Of a DNA stretch of 64,000 nucleotides, positions 11,946-23,927 are shown in pieces. The notes under the pieces were generated by a model. That model worked only from the letters and a program-made list of their open reading frames with translations, ran no database searches and was not told where the DNA came from. Positions within the stretch are counted from its first letter, which is position 1; the number at the start of each line of letters is the position of its first letter. This DNA comes from Fistulifera solaris (taxonomy: Eukaryota): NCBI GenBank assembly GCA_030295235.1, contig AP026176.1, forward strand, positions 62,001 to 126,000, in the 5' to 3' direction. The translations under genes were made by a program, and so were the position numbers.

Positions 11946-12239
11946 GACAATTAAATGAATGTAAATAGATAATACTGGAAGTGAAAAATGATTAATAATA
12001 TCAAGGCAGAGGACAACAAAGTGATGATTTTGTTGATCCGCAACGCGACGAGCTCTGCTGCAGCGGCTGCAACAACAATTTTTTTCGGGAAGGACGTTAA
12101 AATTCAGCCTCCCAGTACAAGATTCTACGCAGCGTCCACGACGAGGCAGAATTTTAACGCCGTTTGTCTGCATTGGTTCTTACTGGTATCGCCACTATCC
12201 ACCCCATAGTACCAAGCAAAAAAGACAAGAGACACATAC

Positions 12240-12920
12240 ACAGATTTGCTGGAAAACAAACTTTCTTTCGTTGCTGGTATGATCAAAAAACACTGTATAC
12301 AGAATATCTGGAACGTTGGCAGCATTTCGGTGGGATAGAAAACGGTCCAGAATTTCTGGACCACTAGCTACAGAATTTCTGCATCAACAAAACACAAATT
12401 CCAGAATTTCTGGAAAATAACTTTCTTTCGTTATGATCGAAAAACATAGTTCTCAGTATTTCTGGAGACGCACACACTCTTTCGTTCAGATCTCAAACGC
12501 TGTGTCTAGAATTTCTGGAACGTTCGCAGCATTTCGGTTGGATCGAAACCAATGGTCCAGAATTTCTGGACCACTTGCTACAGAATTTCTGTATGCACAA
12601 AACACATATTCCAGAATTTCTGGAAATTAACTTTCTTTCGTTATGATCGAAAAACATAGTTTTCAGTATTTCTGGGGACGCACACACTCTTTCGTTCAGA
12701 TCTCAAACACTGTGTCTAGAATTTCTGGAACGTTCGCAGCATTTTGGTTGGATCGAAAACACTGGTCCAGAATTTCTGGACCACTAGCTACAGAATTTCT
12801 GTATGCACAAAACACATATTCCAGAATTTCTGGAAATTGACTTTCTTTCGTTATGATCGGGAAACACAGTTTCCAGAATTTCTGGAACGTTCGCAGCATT
12901 TCGGTGGGATCGAAAACGCA
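12240..12920 (-). repeat. 210-bp tandem array (~3 copies) of the palindrome-rich family, reverse orientation
   Basis: GGTCCAGAATTTCTGGACCAC at ~12344, 12554 and 12764. Confidence 0.92.
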
Positions 12921-13377
12921 ACCATCTCTTATTTCTACAATCTCGATTATGCCCGTGAGTCCAAGATTCGGTTTACTTTGTGTTCTGATTGTAAATCCTC
13001 TTCAGGTCACGTATACATTAAAATCCACTCTAACACGCATATCTTAACCATCGGTTATGCACGATCTTTCATCGGATGATTTCCCCTTTTACAGGACGAA
13101 ATTGTAGTCCTTGGTTCTTCGATGGAAATTCGCCGTGATATCTTTTCCGAAGCGTGAACCCATGACAGCAAAACTAAATGCTCTTTACTTTCATTTTCCT
13201 CGCACTCACAAACGAGAAGGTAAGCATCGCATACAGGAGAAATCGTTTTGTGAATTGAGCTTTGAACGTTCTCGCTTGTCATGTTTGTCGTCGCCGTTTG
13301 ATACTCTTTCAACGCTCTCCTCATTATTTCTTGATGTCGCGGTTTTTTTCTTGAAAAAGACAGGACGATCCGCAATC

Positions 13378-13536
13378 ATGACTTCCTCCGCGCCTACAAC
13401 TCATTGCCCGTGTGGCTCGCCCGATTGCAAGTGCGGTGACAACTGCCACTGCTGTAAAAATGATAGCAGTCGCTCTGGTGATTGCAAATGCTGCTCCGAG
13501 TGCCCCTGTTGCAAAACGCACACCAGGAGCTCGTAA
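13378..13536 (+). CDS. Metallothionein-like Cys-rich peptide (52 aa, 13 Cys)
   Basis: MTSSAPTTHCPCGSPDCKCGDNCHCCKNDSSRSGDCKCCSECPCCKTHTRSS: CxC and CxCC clusters, no Phe/Trp/Tyr. Upstream GT-AG intron candidate 13220-13363. Confidence 0.7.
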   Translation: MTSSAPTTHCPCGSPDCKCGDNCHCCKNDSSRSGDCKCCSECPCCKTHTRSS

Positions 13537-13991
13537 AGTGGTAACGAATCAGAGAGAAAGACGAGCATCTCAAGTTAATTTACATAGGAGAATATATTAT
13601 ATTATTAATTCATTTCATTAAGTAGTAGTTTACAATGTTATACTTAGTAATGCTTTTTCGTTGACAAGTTTTTGTTGGCAAGTTTCGTAGCTTAGATTGG
13701 GATAGAACACGAGTTCATAATAGAAGGAAAGGCTACCGGTACTTCTATTCGAACTGTGTCGTTCAGATAGATCGTCAAAAGCAATGCATAGAAGAGCCAT
13801 GCTTCGTTATCTAGCTGGTTGGTTTCACTGGTGATTCCGAGCAAAGCGTTTACCAGAGCAATGAATGACTCAGACCGAAACCGCGACTGAACTAGAGATC
13901 CTATTTTATGTCGTAATTCATTCGTTCTAATCAAGAACGTATAACAGGTTCTAATACGTTTCGATCCAGAGGATCGCTCACAAGAATCAAC

Positions 13992-14066
13992 CGGTCCAGA
14001 ATTTCTGGACCACTAGCTACAGAATTTCTGTATGAACCAACCACAAATTCCAGAATTTCTGAAAAT
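13992..14066 (-). repeat. Single partial copy of the palindrome-rich family
   Basis: GGTCCAGAATTTCTGGACCACTAGCTACAGAATTTCTGTATG is shared with the 12764 copy. Confidence 0.85.
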
Positions 14067-14069
14067 AAT

Positions 14070-14319
14070 GGGCCGAGGCTGAGTGTCTGTGTGTGTGTCC
14101 GTCACGGTAGGAACTTTTTTTGCCGCTTTTTTCCAGTTTTTCTTCGTCAAATGGTTTAGACGCTGTTCGGCTTGCGAACTCGCGAAGCGCCAACATCGAG
14201 TCCCGCCCACGGGCTCAGTCACTCTTTTGCTTTTCGGCTTTTCCACGGGGCCCCCGCTTGCGGGAAGGGCGAGAAAGAAAAAAAGCTCCCCGCAGGGCTA
14301 GCCCGCCGCAGGCGGCTAG
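14070..14319 (+). mobile_element. Putative non-autonomous Helitron-like element (3' end recognisable)
   Basis: GT-rich microsatellite GTGTCTGTGTGTGTGTCCGTCACG near the left end; GC-rich hairpins, the last being CCGCC-GCA-GGCGG, followed by CTAG (14316-14319) and T. A 5' TC end could not be pinned down. Confidence 0.5.
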
Positions 14320-14836
14320 TACAAGTACCAGGTAATAATAAAATCGTTACGTATTACATTATTTTGTCTACTGGACAAGAAAACGCCCATACATCGCTCC
14401 CCCATTTTTTCTGGATAAGTGAAAACATCACATATCCAGATTTTCGGGAAACGTGAAAACACTCCAAGCTCTGGCTTTCTACGAAACCCTACTTTCGAAA
14501 GAATTAAAGACAGTTCTTGTCATTATTATCCGAAAAGTTTCATTTCGAATATTGGCATTGGGGGGTTTGGGGGGGGGGGGGGGGGGGGGTGCTACTGTAG
14601 GACAATGAACGCTAAATGACTCGCTACAAGAAATAGGGCTTGTTATTTGTTGTACAGTAAAAATAAAAGTAGCACACTGCTGTATCAAACCTCCACATGG
14701 GAAAACGTGAAAAATTGCTGCTAATTGGGAGTTGACCACCAGCAAAATGACCTCCAAGTACATCTTTGTATCTGAAAAAGATTCGAAAATATCAAGACGT
14801 AAACGGTTTACAACAATGATCAATTATAATAGTCAA

Positions 14837-15525
14837 TTTTTTTTTTTAGTCCACTAACACAATCCTAAATATTTATTCCTAATTTCCTAAAGTCCGAATG
14901 AATTTTCTCATTCGACTGAATTTTCCACTGTTTTTTCTTTTTTGTCACAAATATTCCGATTCCAATTTGGCATTTTGCCGAGTGAGTTCTAGGACTTGAG
15001 AGCCCTAGTGCTAGTGGAGGGCAAGCCCGGAACCCGTTTCCCAATGAGGGGGAAATCGTCTTGGCATTCCTTCTCTTGGATTCCGAAGAAGCATACTAAC
15101 CGACCGAACCAGAGAAAGACTCATGCAGCTCTGATGAACCCACAAATCTCAGAATATGGCTTGTTCCACTTCTGCTGAAGTTTCCTAGCAAGTTGTCTCG
15201 ATGCTGAAATGGCTTGCTGTCCCATCATACCGTCTATGGAGAAGACCAGGGGAGTGAAATCACGTCGGCGTTCATGGCAAGGGGGTTCATACAAGCTCCG
15301 CTTTTCACGCTCTTGAGAAGCCAGAACCTTAATCGGGTCGCGGTTCCTGTGTGATGGTGCGTCGGTGTCTGTAACTCGGACGTCGAAAATGGTGGTTCGT
15401 CTTTCATTCCAAAAGCCGTAAGCAGAAACATCTCCTCGAAGTTGTTGAACCTGTGTGCTGCCGTTGCTGTTGCCATATGTGTGAATGGTAGGCTCGTCAC
15501 GAACAGATTTGGGTCCATCTGATAA
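14837..15525 (-). mobile_element. 5'-truncated CRE-clade non-LTR retrotransposon (restriction-like endonuclease domain, 3' UTR, poly(A))
   Basis: VRDEP...RGDVSAYGFW...IFDVRVTDTDAPS...EREKRSLY...DFTPLVFSIDG. After a 1-bp deletion at ~15127 it continues MSLSLVRSVSMLLR to a stop at 15011; T11 at 14837-14847 is poly(A) on the minus strand. Confidence 0.85.
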
Positions 15526-15660
15526 GAATTCAGTTAGACTACTCGTCTCCTGCATCGACGTTTTGAGATTGAAGCTGGTGGCGCAAGCCACCAATGAGCG
15601 GCGCTAGCCGCCGACTTGAGAGTCTCGAGATCTCTAAAGTCTAGCTTACACATATAAAAA

Positions 15661-17605
15661 AAATTTACTACGGCGGCTACGTGAGAGTGGGAGCGTTGTA
15701 TTTTCCTACTGTTTCGTGTTTCACTGTCAACGCAAAGTCGATTACTGTTCCTCGGCTTGCTTTAGCGATGTTGGGCAAAGCATTGTTGACATTGGTGTCC
15801 AAAAGACGCGGAAAGTGGTGTGATCGAATTACACAATATTCGGGTTTCCCTCTTTCGATAAATTTCCCTACGAGAGCTACGTAAAATTACGTAGACATTC
15901 GAAGCGTTGCATCATTCGTTCCGTCAGCGTTTTGTTTACAAGTCGACGGCGAATATGGCTAAGCTATATAAATCAGACACGGTGGATAAGGAAGCGTTGA
16001 TATCTGTGCACTGGAAAGCCATGAATTGGATGAGTACGTAAAAATGCAATCTCCGGGTACCCCTGCAGAGATAAATTTCCTACAGCGGCTACGTAAAATA
16101 CTCGTGGACACTAGACGCGTTGTATCTTTGTACTGTTTCATGTTTCACTGTCAAATCAAAGTCGATTATTGTCTCATGGCTCGCATTAGCGATGTTGGGC
16201 AAAGCATTGTTGACATTAATGTCCAAAAGACGCGTTTAACGGTGTGATCGAAATAACACAATATCCGGGTACCCCCTCTGTCGATAAATTTCCTACGAGA
16301 GCTACGTGAAATTGCGTAGACATTCGAAGCGTGGCATCATTCGTTCCATCAACGTTCTGTTTTCAAATCGATGGCGTTCATTGCGCTTTGACATGAAGCA
16401 AATACGGTGGGCAGAAAAACGTTGATTTCTGTGCACTGGAAAGCCATGAATTGGATGACGGCGTAAAATGCAATCTCCGGGTACCCCTGCAGAGATAAAT
16501 TTCCTACGGCGGCTACGTAAAATACTCGTGGACACTAGACGCGTTGTATCTTTGTACTGTTTCATGTTTCACTGTCAAATCAAAGTCGATTATTGTCTCA
16601 TGGCTCGCATTAGCGATGTTGGGCAAAGCATTGTTGACATTAATGTCCAAAAGACGCGTTTAACGGTGTGATCGAAATAACACAATATCCGGGTACCCCC
16701 TCTGTCGATAAATTTCCCTACGAGAGCTACGTGAAATTGCGTAGACATTCGAAGCGTGGCATCATTCGTTCCATCAACGTTCTGTTTTCAAATCGATGGC
16801 GTTCATTGCGCTTTGACATGAAGCAAATACGGTGGGCAGAAAAACGTTGATTTCTGTGCACTGGAAAGCCATGAATTGGATGACGGCGTAAAATGCAATC
16901 TCCGGGTACCCCTGCAGAGATAAATTTCCTACGGCGGCTACGTAAAATACTCGTGGACACTAGACGCGTTGTATCTTTGTACTGTTTCATGTTTCACTGT
17001 CAAATCAAAGTCGATTATTGTCTCATGGCTCGCATTAGCGATGTTGGGCAAAGCATTGTTGACATTAATGTCCAAAAGACGCGTTTAACGGTGTGATCGA
17101 AATAACACAATATCCGGGTACCCCCTCTGTCGATAAATTTCCCTACGAGAGCTACGTGAAATTGCGTAGACATTCGAAGCGTGGCATCATTCGTTCCATC
17201 AACGTTCTGTTTTCAAATCGATGGCGTTCATTGCGCTTTGACATGAAGCAAATACGGTGGGCAGAAAAACGTTGATTTCTGTGCACTGGAAAGCCATGAA
17301 TTGGATGAGTACGTAAAAATGCAATCTCCGGGTACCCCTGCAGAGATAAATTTCCTACGGCGGCTACGTAAAATACTCGTGGACACTAGACGCGTTGTAT
17401 CTTTGTACTGTTTCATGTTTCACTGTCAAATCAAAGTCGATTATTGTCTCATGGCTCGCATTAGCGATGTTGGGCAAAGCATTGTTGACATTAATGTCCA
17501 AAAGACGCGTTTAACGGTGTGATCGAAATAACACAATATCCGGGTACCCCCTCTGTCGATAAATTTCCCTACGAGAGCTACGTAAAAATACGTAGACATT
17601 CGTAT
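15661..17605. repeat. Tandem array of a ~425-bp unit (~4.5 copies), each unit a dimer of diverged ~212-bp monomers
   Basis: GATAAATTTC(C)CTACGAGAGCTACGT at ~15857, 16283, 16707, 17132 and 17558; the related GATAAATTTCCTACGGCGGCTACGT lies halfway between. Confidence 0.96.
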
Positions 17606-17697
17606 CGCGTCACGCCGTTCATTCAACTTTTACGCCTCACAGGCGCCGCCAACAATCATTCTTGATTCACAAATTTTATTCATTCCTATAGCATCCC

Positions 17698-19850
17698 ATG
17701 TATGATGAAGACTTGACACAAGAACGACTCGAGGAATGGTGGGGATTACCGAGCGATCGAGAACGCTTTGTTTGGGCATTGCAAACGGAAACGCGAGTCA
17801 GAGCCGCCAAAGTGCAACGCCACCACAGATCCCAAACTTTGCAAACGAATTACTTGTTTTATTTGTACTTACCTTCGTCAAGTAATTATGATTTGACACA
17901 CTCTTCACAAATTCCCAAACGCGATATTGATCTGTATCTACGAAAAGTCAATTCCGCCGTTTTTTCTCATCAAATGCACGGAAGAGAACCGAATGGAGAA
18001 TTCGATGCCTTGGCGTATCCACTCGATATGAAACCGGCGCAACCAAGAAGTCATGGAGAACAGCTTTTACCGCCGAATCTTTTATTTTTTGAAATGATGT
18101 TGGAAGCCTATTGTGGATATCCTTTGCAGGGATACTTTCATCACAAAGATCCCTGCATGCCCCGAGCGGCCGTCATGGGAGGTGCCATTGTCGCGGTATT
18201 CGTATCATGGAACGAAGTACAACACATGGAGGAATGGCGAGAGTTGGAGTACTGGTTGGAATTGTCAAGTGAAACTCCGTCACCCCCATCACACGGTTCT
18301 TACGACTCAGTTGCCGAACGATTGCAAAGAAAGTTGCAGGACTATTTCTACGGATTATTCTCCTTATTTGCTGCTGGAGATGTGGACATCTTTTTACAGC
18401 CGTCGCCACTCACGAGGTCCTTGAGCAATTGTTTGACGCAACACATCGGCGATATGGCGAAGCACGTGGCCGCGTATTTGGGAGGCTTTGAATGGTGTGA
18501 AGGAGATTTGCGTCGCTTTGCGACCGCCTTGTGTGGGAACATGATTGTGCCGGCATTTGAAGGCATCGGTCCGCTCATTTACTCGGCAACGCAGCGAGGA
18601 TTGTCGTTTGCATTGGCCACCCATGACGAGGAACAACGGTGGCTCGGTCGAGAACGATGGCCACGGAATACACAACTAATCATGTTGAATGAACAAGCGG
18701 ACTTGCTGGGTGCTCTTTTCGACTTTGATATCAGTGTGGTGGCATTTGCGTACGATGGGAATCAAGTCCGGGCGGCGCCGCGAGCTGTATTGTCGCTTGT
18801 AACGAATGTGCAGGTTGTTACTCCCTTTGTATTGGCGGAAAAGCGCAATCGACAACGAATTGTCAAGGTACAGTCGTATGCGTGGATGAGCGAATGAATC
18901 GCGTATTGTCAGTCGCTCTTACTATTTCATTTCGTTTTTATTGGAAGTACTGCCAACGTGGGTTCCGACCCTACATATTAGATCCATTTTGCAATCATCC
19001 TCGACAATGCCGGCATGACTGCTGTGATCTTGTCAAACAAGCAAGTCCAGTGGATAGTGGACAAAGCTATTTTCCAGCTGAAGTGTGGCACAGTAGACGT
19101 TTAAATCCGCCTGACGTTTGGGGCAATCTGGAACACTACGCTGATCAGAGAAGGCCTGTTTGCAACTGCGCCCACAATAAGGAACATGTTCCGGAAGCAT
19201 TTAGATGGTCGACGAAGAGCAAAATTTTCATATATACCTTTGGCGTTATTGCCAAAACCGAGGATGATTTATTCCAGTTTCTCACGAAGAGGAATCATTG
19301 GAATCTGGAACACTTAAACATTGTTCGCTCCATTCACCCGATGGCGCGCATGATCTGTCGACATTGCAGAGATGCCTACATGCTCCATCTGGTTCTTTCA
19401 GCATGCCCTCCGGACTTTGCCGACTCGATGGATGAATTGCTACACGGGGAGATGTGCTACGTGGGTGGTGAATTCTACTCTGGTGGTGCATTTGACAGCA
19501 CAGCGGTGCGTTCTAAAGCTCGCACGGCCAGCGCCTACTTGAGTCTTCTCAAAGTTCAGGCAGTCGTAGAAAAGGCCAAATATTGGATTCGGCACGGGTC
19601 CTATGATGGCTACAAGGAACGCTTTGCGTTTGCTGACGATTTGGAAGAAGTAGTCGACGAGGCATCGAAAGTCAATTTTGCGGAACCTCATCGGCGTCCC
19701 TTGGGTTTGAACCCAGAAAGATTCATGGAGGAATGTGAAAGATGTCAAAAACAGATGCCGGAACGAGAATATGGAACACGGGTGTGTGAAGAATGCAAAG
19801 ACCGATTGCGATTTATTCAAAGCTCAAGTTGTTGTAAAGAAAATCAGTAA
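17698..19850 (+). CDS. Uncharacterised protein with a nucleotidyltransferase-like (Pol-beta fold) signature and C-terminal CxxC pairs
   Basis: Exon 1 17698-18867, intron 18868-18947, exon 2 18948-19850. Motifs AVMGGAIV, GDVDIFL, FDFDISVVAFAYDG, spliced RIVKYCQRGF, and CERC...CEEC. Confidence 0.75.
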
Positions 19851-19894
19851 ATTATATTGTAATAAATGAAAAAATAGACTATACGAGACAAGAG

Positions 19895-22346
19895 CTAATC
19901 GAAAACACCCTTCGCCTTCACCTGCTCGAACTCATTACTGTGCGTTTCGATGACTTGGCGGCGTTGCAGCTTGTTCGCAGCAGTCAAACAACCGTTCTCC
20001 GGGGTCCAAGGCTCATCCAGCAAAGCAACCGCGACCACTTTCTCCAAATGACTCAAATCTGACTTGGAGTGCTCCTTGTGCATATCTGCCAATACAGCGT
20101 CATGGAGCTCCTTTGTCTTTCTAACCTGCTGGAAATCGCCCGGAATTCCGTTTTCTTTGGCCCATTTCATTGTGTAAGGTTCGCTCAGCTGCAGCAATGC
20201 CACGGGTCGATCCATATCACCATCACCGTAGCAGCAAATGCCACCAGCCACCGCGTCGACAAAGCTTGAGTTACCAAAAGTCATTTCCATTTTCTCGAGG
20301 GCAACGTATTCACCGCCTTTCAGTTTGACAAGGTTCTTCTTACGGTCCACAATACGAAGACTGCCGTCGCTCAAAAATTGACCAATGTCACCCGTATGAA
20401 ACCAGCCATCTTCTTCAAAAACTTCCCTCGTCTTTTCTGGTTCCATGTAATATCCGCACGAAACGGTGTTTCCGCGAATGAGAATCTCTCCACGACCGTA
20501 AACAGGGTTGCCATCCACGTCAAACTTGTCTGTGCAAAGATAAGGGACACCCGCCTTGTCACCAACCTCTGGCGTCGACTCGAGTTTGATTTCCACGGCA
20601 GGAATGGCGACACCTGCAACGCCCGTGCTCATGTCGTCCATGGCCTGGAACGTGCCTCCTGCGCATGTTTCAGTCAAGCCCTATCAAGCGAATAAAGGAG
20701 AGAACAGTGTTAGTGCATACAATGCAATGGCTCCGCGTGACCCATCCTCCGTTCCATTCTTCTACTTACGTATCCCTGAACCAACGAAATGCCAAATGCC
20801 GTTCGAATAAAGTCTTGCACTTCCCCATTCAATGGACCCCCACCCGAAACGGCCAAACGCAGTCGTCCTCCAACGGCCTTCTTAAACTTTTTGAAAACGA
20901 CTTTATCAAAAAGAGGCGCATCAAATCCATGTTTCAGACAGAACTGCCGCCATTTCAGACCAAACGCGACCAACTCTTGCTTGACGGGCGATTCGGCTGC
21001 GACCTTGGCCTGAATACCTTTTTGATGACATCCCAAATCTTAGGTACTGCCACCATGATCGTCGGGGAATAGACTTCCAGCGCTCCGATCGGATACGCTC
21101 CTGTTGTCGTAAGTGATTTGGGGTCCGCGTAGCAAAGAGCACATCCTTTACTGATCATGACACATTCAGCCATGAGTTCCATAATATGAGCGAGTGGTAG
21201 ATAGGCCAAATAAACCTCTTCTCCTTCGCGGATTCCGAATCCCACGTCGGCCGAAGCACACCCAGCAACAACCTGAGAATGCGTGATAATGACACCTTTA
21301 GGTTTTCCCGTGGAGCCAGACTGTAAAAATCGGAAAGGTGAGTCAATGATAGCTCGTCGCTGCATGTTTTGAATTCGACAAATACGTACCGTATACATGA
21401 CGACCGCACACGTGCTGGGTTTCGGCGGCACCGGAGGATACTTCTTGACATCACCCGACTTAACAAACTCGTCAAAGGGCATGACTTGGACACCATTGGG
21501 TGGCTGCGGCCATTCGATCTTGGCATCGACAGGAACCAAGTCGTTCGTGTAGATAATGTACTTCAAAGTAGGCATATTCGCACAGTTCTTCACCAATTTC
21601 GCGACCGAAGCCTTGTTGCAAACAATCACGCGAATGACATTGTCCGATACGGCTTCCATGACGGCATCAATTCCCAAAGTCGCGTAAACGGTAGTAACGG
21701 TGATACTTTGCGTGAACGCCCCCATCGCCGCAATCATCCAGGGTGCACACGTATTCTCAAAGACGGCAATTCGACAGGGCTGTGTAATTTTGTCTAAATT
21801 GGTTGTTTCCGGTGCCGCAACACACCCCGCCGCTTTCAAAGCCGCACCAAACTGCAGTGCCTGCTGATAGACTTGCAAAAAAGTCTGCCAGGTAATGTTG
21901 GGACCGAATTCTTTGATTTTGGGAGTCTTCCAACCAATGAATTCTCGTGTCGCCATGCAAGGACGATTTCCGTAACGTTCCGACGCATCTTTCATGACAT
22001 CGTAAAGCGTCGCAATGCCTTCGCGCGGCGTCGTCGCCAGCTGGTCGCGATAACGAACATCGCGACGCACGTACGGTTGCCCATCGACGGCACACGTGCG
22101 GAGAGGAGTGCCCGTAAAGTAACTTTGCACAGCTTTGACCCAACGGAATGTGACGAGTGTAATCTGAAAAATCAGAAGAGTGAGAAAGAGCGGGAAAAGG
22201 AATAGAGAAAGAGGAAAAACGAACTAAGAACTGCCTCAAGTTGAAACGCCTCCTCAACACCCCTCAACTTGCATACAAAACGAACGTACCGTCAAATCAA
22301 TCAGAATCAAAAGGATTTTGATCGGCAAAAGAATCAAGCCAATCAT
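19895..22346 (-). CDS. Long-chain acyl-CoA synthetase (ACSL3/4-like)
   Basis: Spliced MYTSGSTGKPKG, YLPLAHI, QGYGLTET, GWFHTGDIG, IVDRKKNLVKL..GEYVALEK. Exon 1 22346-22290 is a hydrophobic anchor; introns ~22289-22164, ~21388-21322 and ~20770-20683; 1-bp loss at ~21020. Confidence 0.93.
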
Positions 22347-23550
22347 GCTTACTACAACGAAAGAGACAGCAGCAAACACAGAACTTATTTTAACAAGCAA
22401 TCCCAAGCTCTTCAACAAGTTTTTTTGTGTTTTGTCTTGTTGTTTGCCTCCGCACTCGGAAGGAACGCAAAGATTTGCCTTCGGAAATTATAGCGACGCA
22501 GCGACACCAGACTACTCTATTAGCTATAGCCGTAAAAACGCACGAATACCGGCACGAGTGCCGCCTCGGATCAATCGTGGTGACGTGCGAGCAAAAAATT
22601 TAGCTTGTGGACATCCGGGTCCGTAACAGCACGAAACGACACAGGTCGCTTTTGCCTTCGTAAACTACCTAAGTACAATAGAAAACTAAACCAAATTGTC
22701 AAGAACATTGAATGGAACCAACTAATTTTTAAGATAAATCGACGATGAAGATCACTGACGCTATTTCTATCGTGGATCATAGAAACGGACTAACTCATGA
22801 ATGAAATAATGCAGTCGTGAATAATGTCGCTTACATTTGCAGCTATAGTAGAAAGGTTGACAACCCATCCGTACATAATTTCGAAAAACATTAACCAAAA
22901 ATTGCAATAAAAAGCAGATAAATACGGTACCGCTCTGATAAAACCCCTTTGTGCTTGCTGAATTGATAGTCCCTACGCTAGGATATCAAATGCAGGCGTG
23001 GACAATCGTGATTCATGACTTATAAGTAGTCGTGGAATGCTTAAACCAACACTAAGGGCCTATAGTAAATTATCGACCGATAGAAACAAATACGGCGTGC
23101 ATTGAGTTTGCTGCTCATTGTCGCTTCCTTTACAATTACCAAAAGGATCTATGTAACAACATGGACGGAGAATGGTGAGCAAGAGCCCCTGTAGTTAACT
23201 TGAATGTTAAGTTCATGAATGAGGTTGGTCCAGTCATGGCAAGGATATTATACACTGTAGGCTATAGTACAAATTTAAGTAAACTACGGAGGTTTTCATT
23301 GGTTGTTCACCAAAATAATTACAGTACCAGTAATACCTCCCCAAACGGCTAAGTTTCCTGATCACTTTCATCCTTCCCTGTTTAGTGAATGACAGCAAGC
23401 TCCTATACACTAATACGCTCTTTAACGAATGTGCATCACTCCTATTTCAAATAAAAAACGTTAAATGGTTTGAAAAACTTAGCATTCTCTACATTTATTC
23501 CTTTTTCGCACTCGTCCCACTTGATTCATCGGATCATCAGTGAGTGAAAG

Positions 23551-23927
23551 TTAAACCGATGCCACGTCGCTTGCCGAATCCATGGAATCATTTTCAGTAG
23601 CTCGTTTTGCCTCAACTGCGGGGTAAACATGTTGTTCAAAATAGGCTCGGGTCCTTCCTTCGAAATCAACCCTCGGGTCCCGCTCGCAATCCTGTTGAAG
23701 TTTCATCATGAACATCAACATGTTGGTGGCTATCTTCTGATCAAACATAAACATGTTCATTCCATTTGCAGGAGTTCTGCCTCCCTTCAATCCCTTTGAG
23801 AATCTGTTTCTTCGTCGTTGTCATCATTTTGTTCAGCTACTTCATCTTCTTGTTCGTCCATCTCCTCATGGTTCGAAATGTGATCGGCGGATCGTTTCTT
23901 GGCGCTTTCCTCTCGTTCGATATCCAT
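23551..23927 (-). CDS. Possible small acidic hypothetical protein (two abutting ORFs, possibly joined across an indel at ~23790)
   Basis: MDIEREESAKK...DEETDSQRD followed directly, in another frame, by ..GMNMFMFDQKIATNMLMFMMKLQQ..; no recognisable domain. Confidence 0.3.

Noticed and set aside
15959..17626. Recurring 60-87-aa ORFs in the 425-bp array
   Set aside because: They occur on both strands, indels differ between copies, and there are no protein motifs.
22600..23540. Long ORF-free intergenic stretch (also 28900-29650) examined for RNA genes or transposon remnants
   Set aside because: No tRNA, rRNA or snRNA signature, terminal repeats or protein motifs were recognisable by eye; an Infernal/Rfam scan would be needed.
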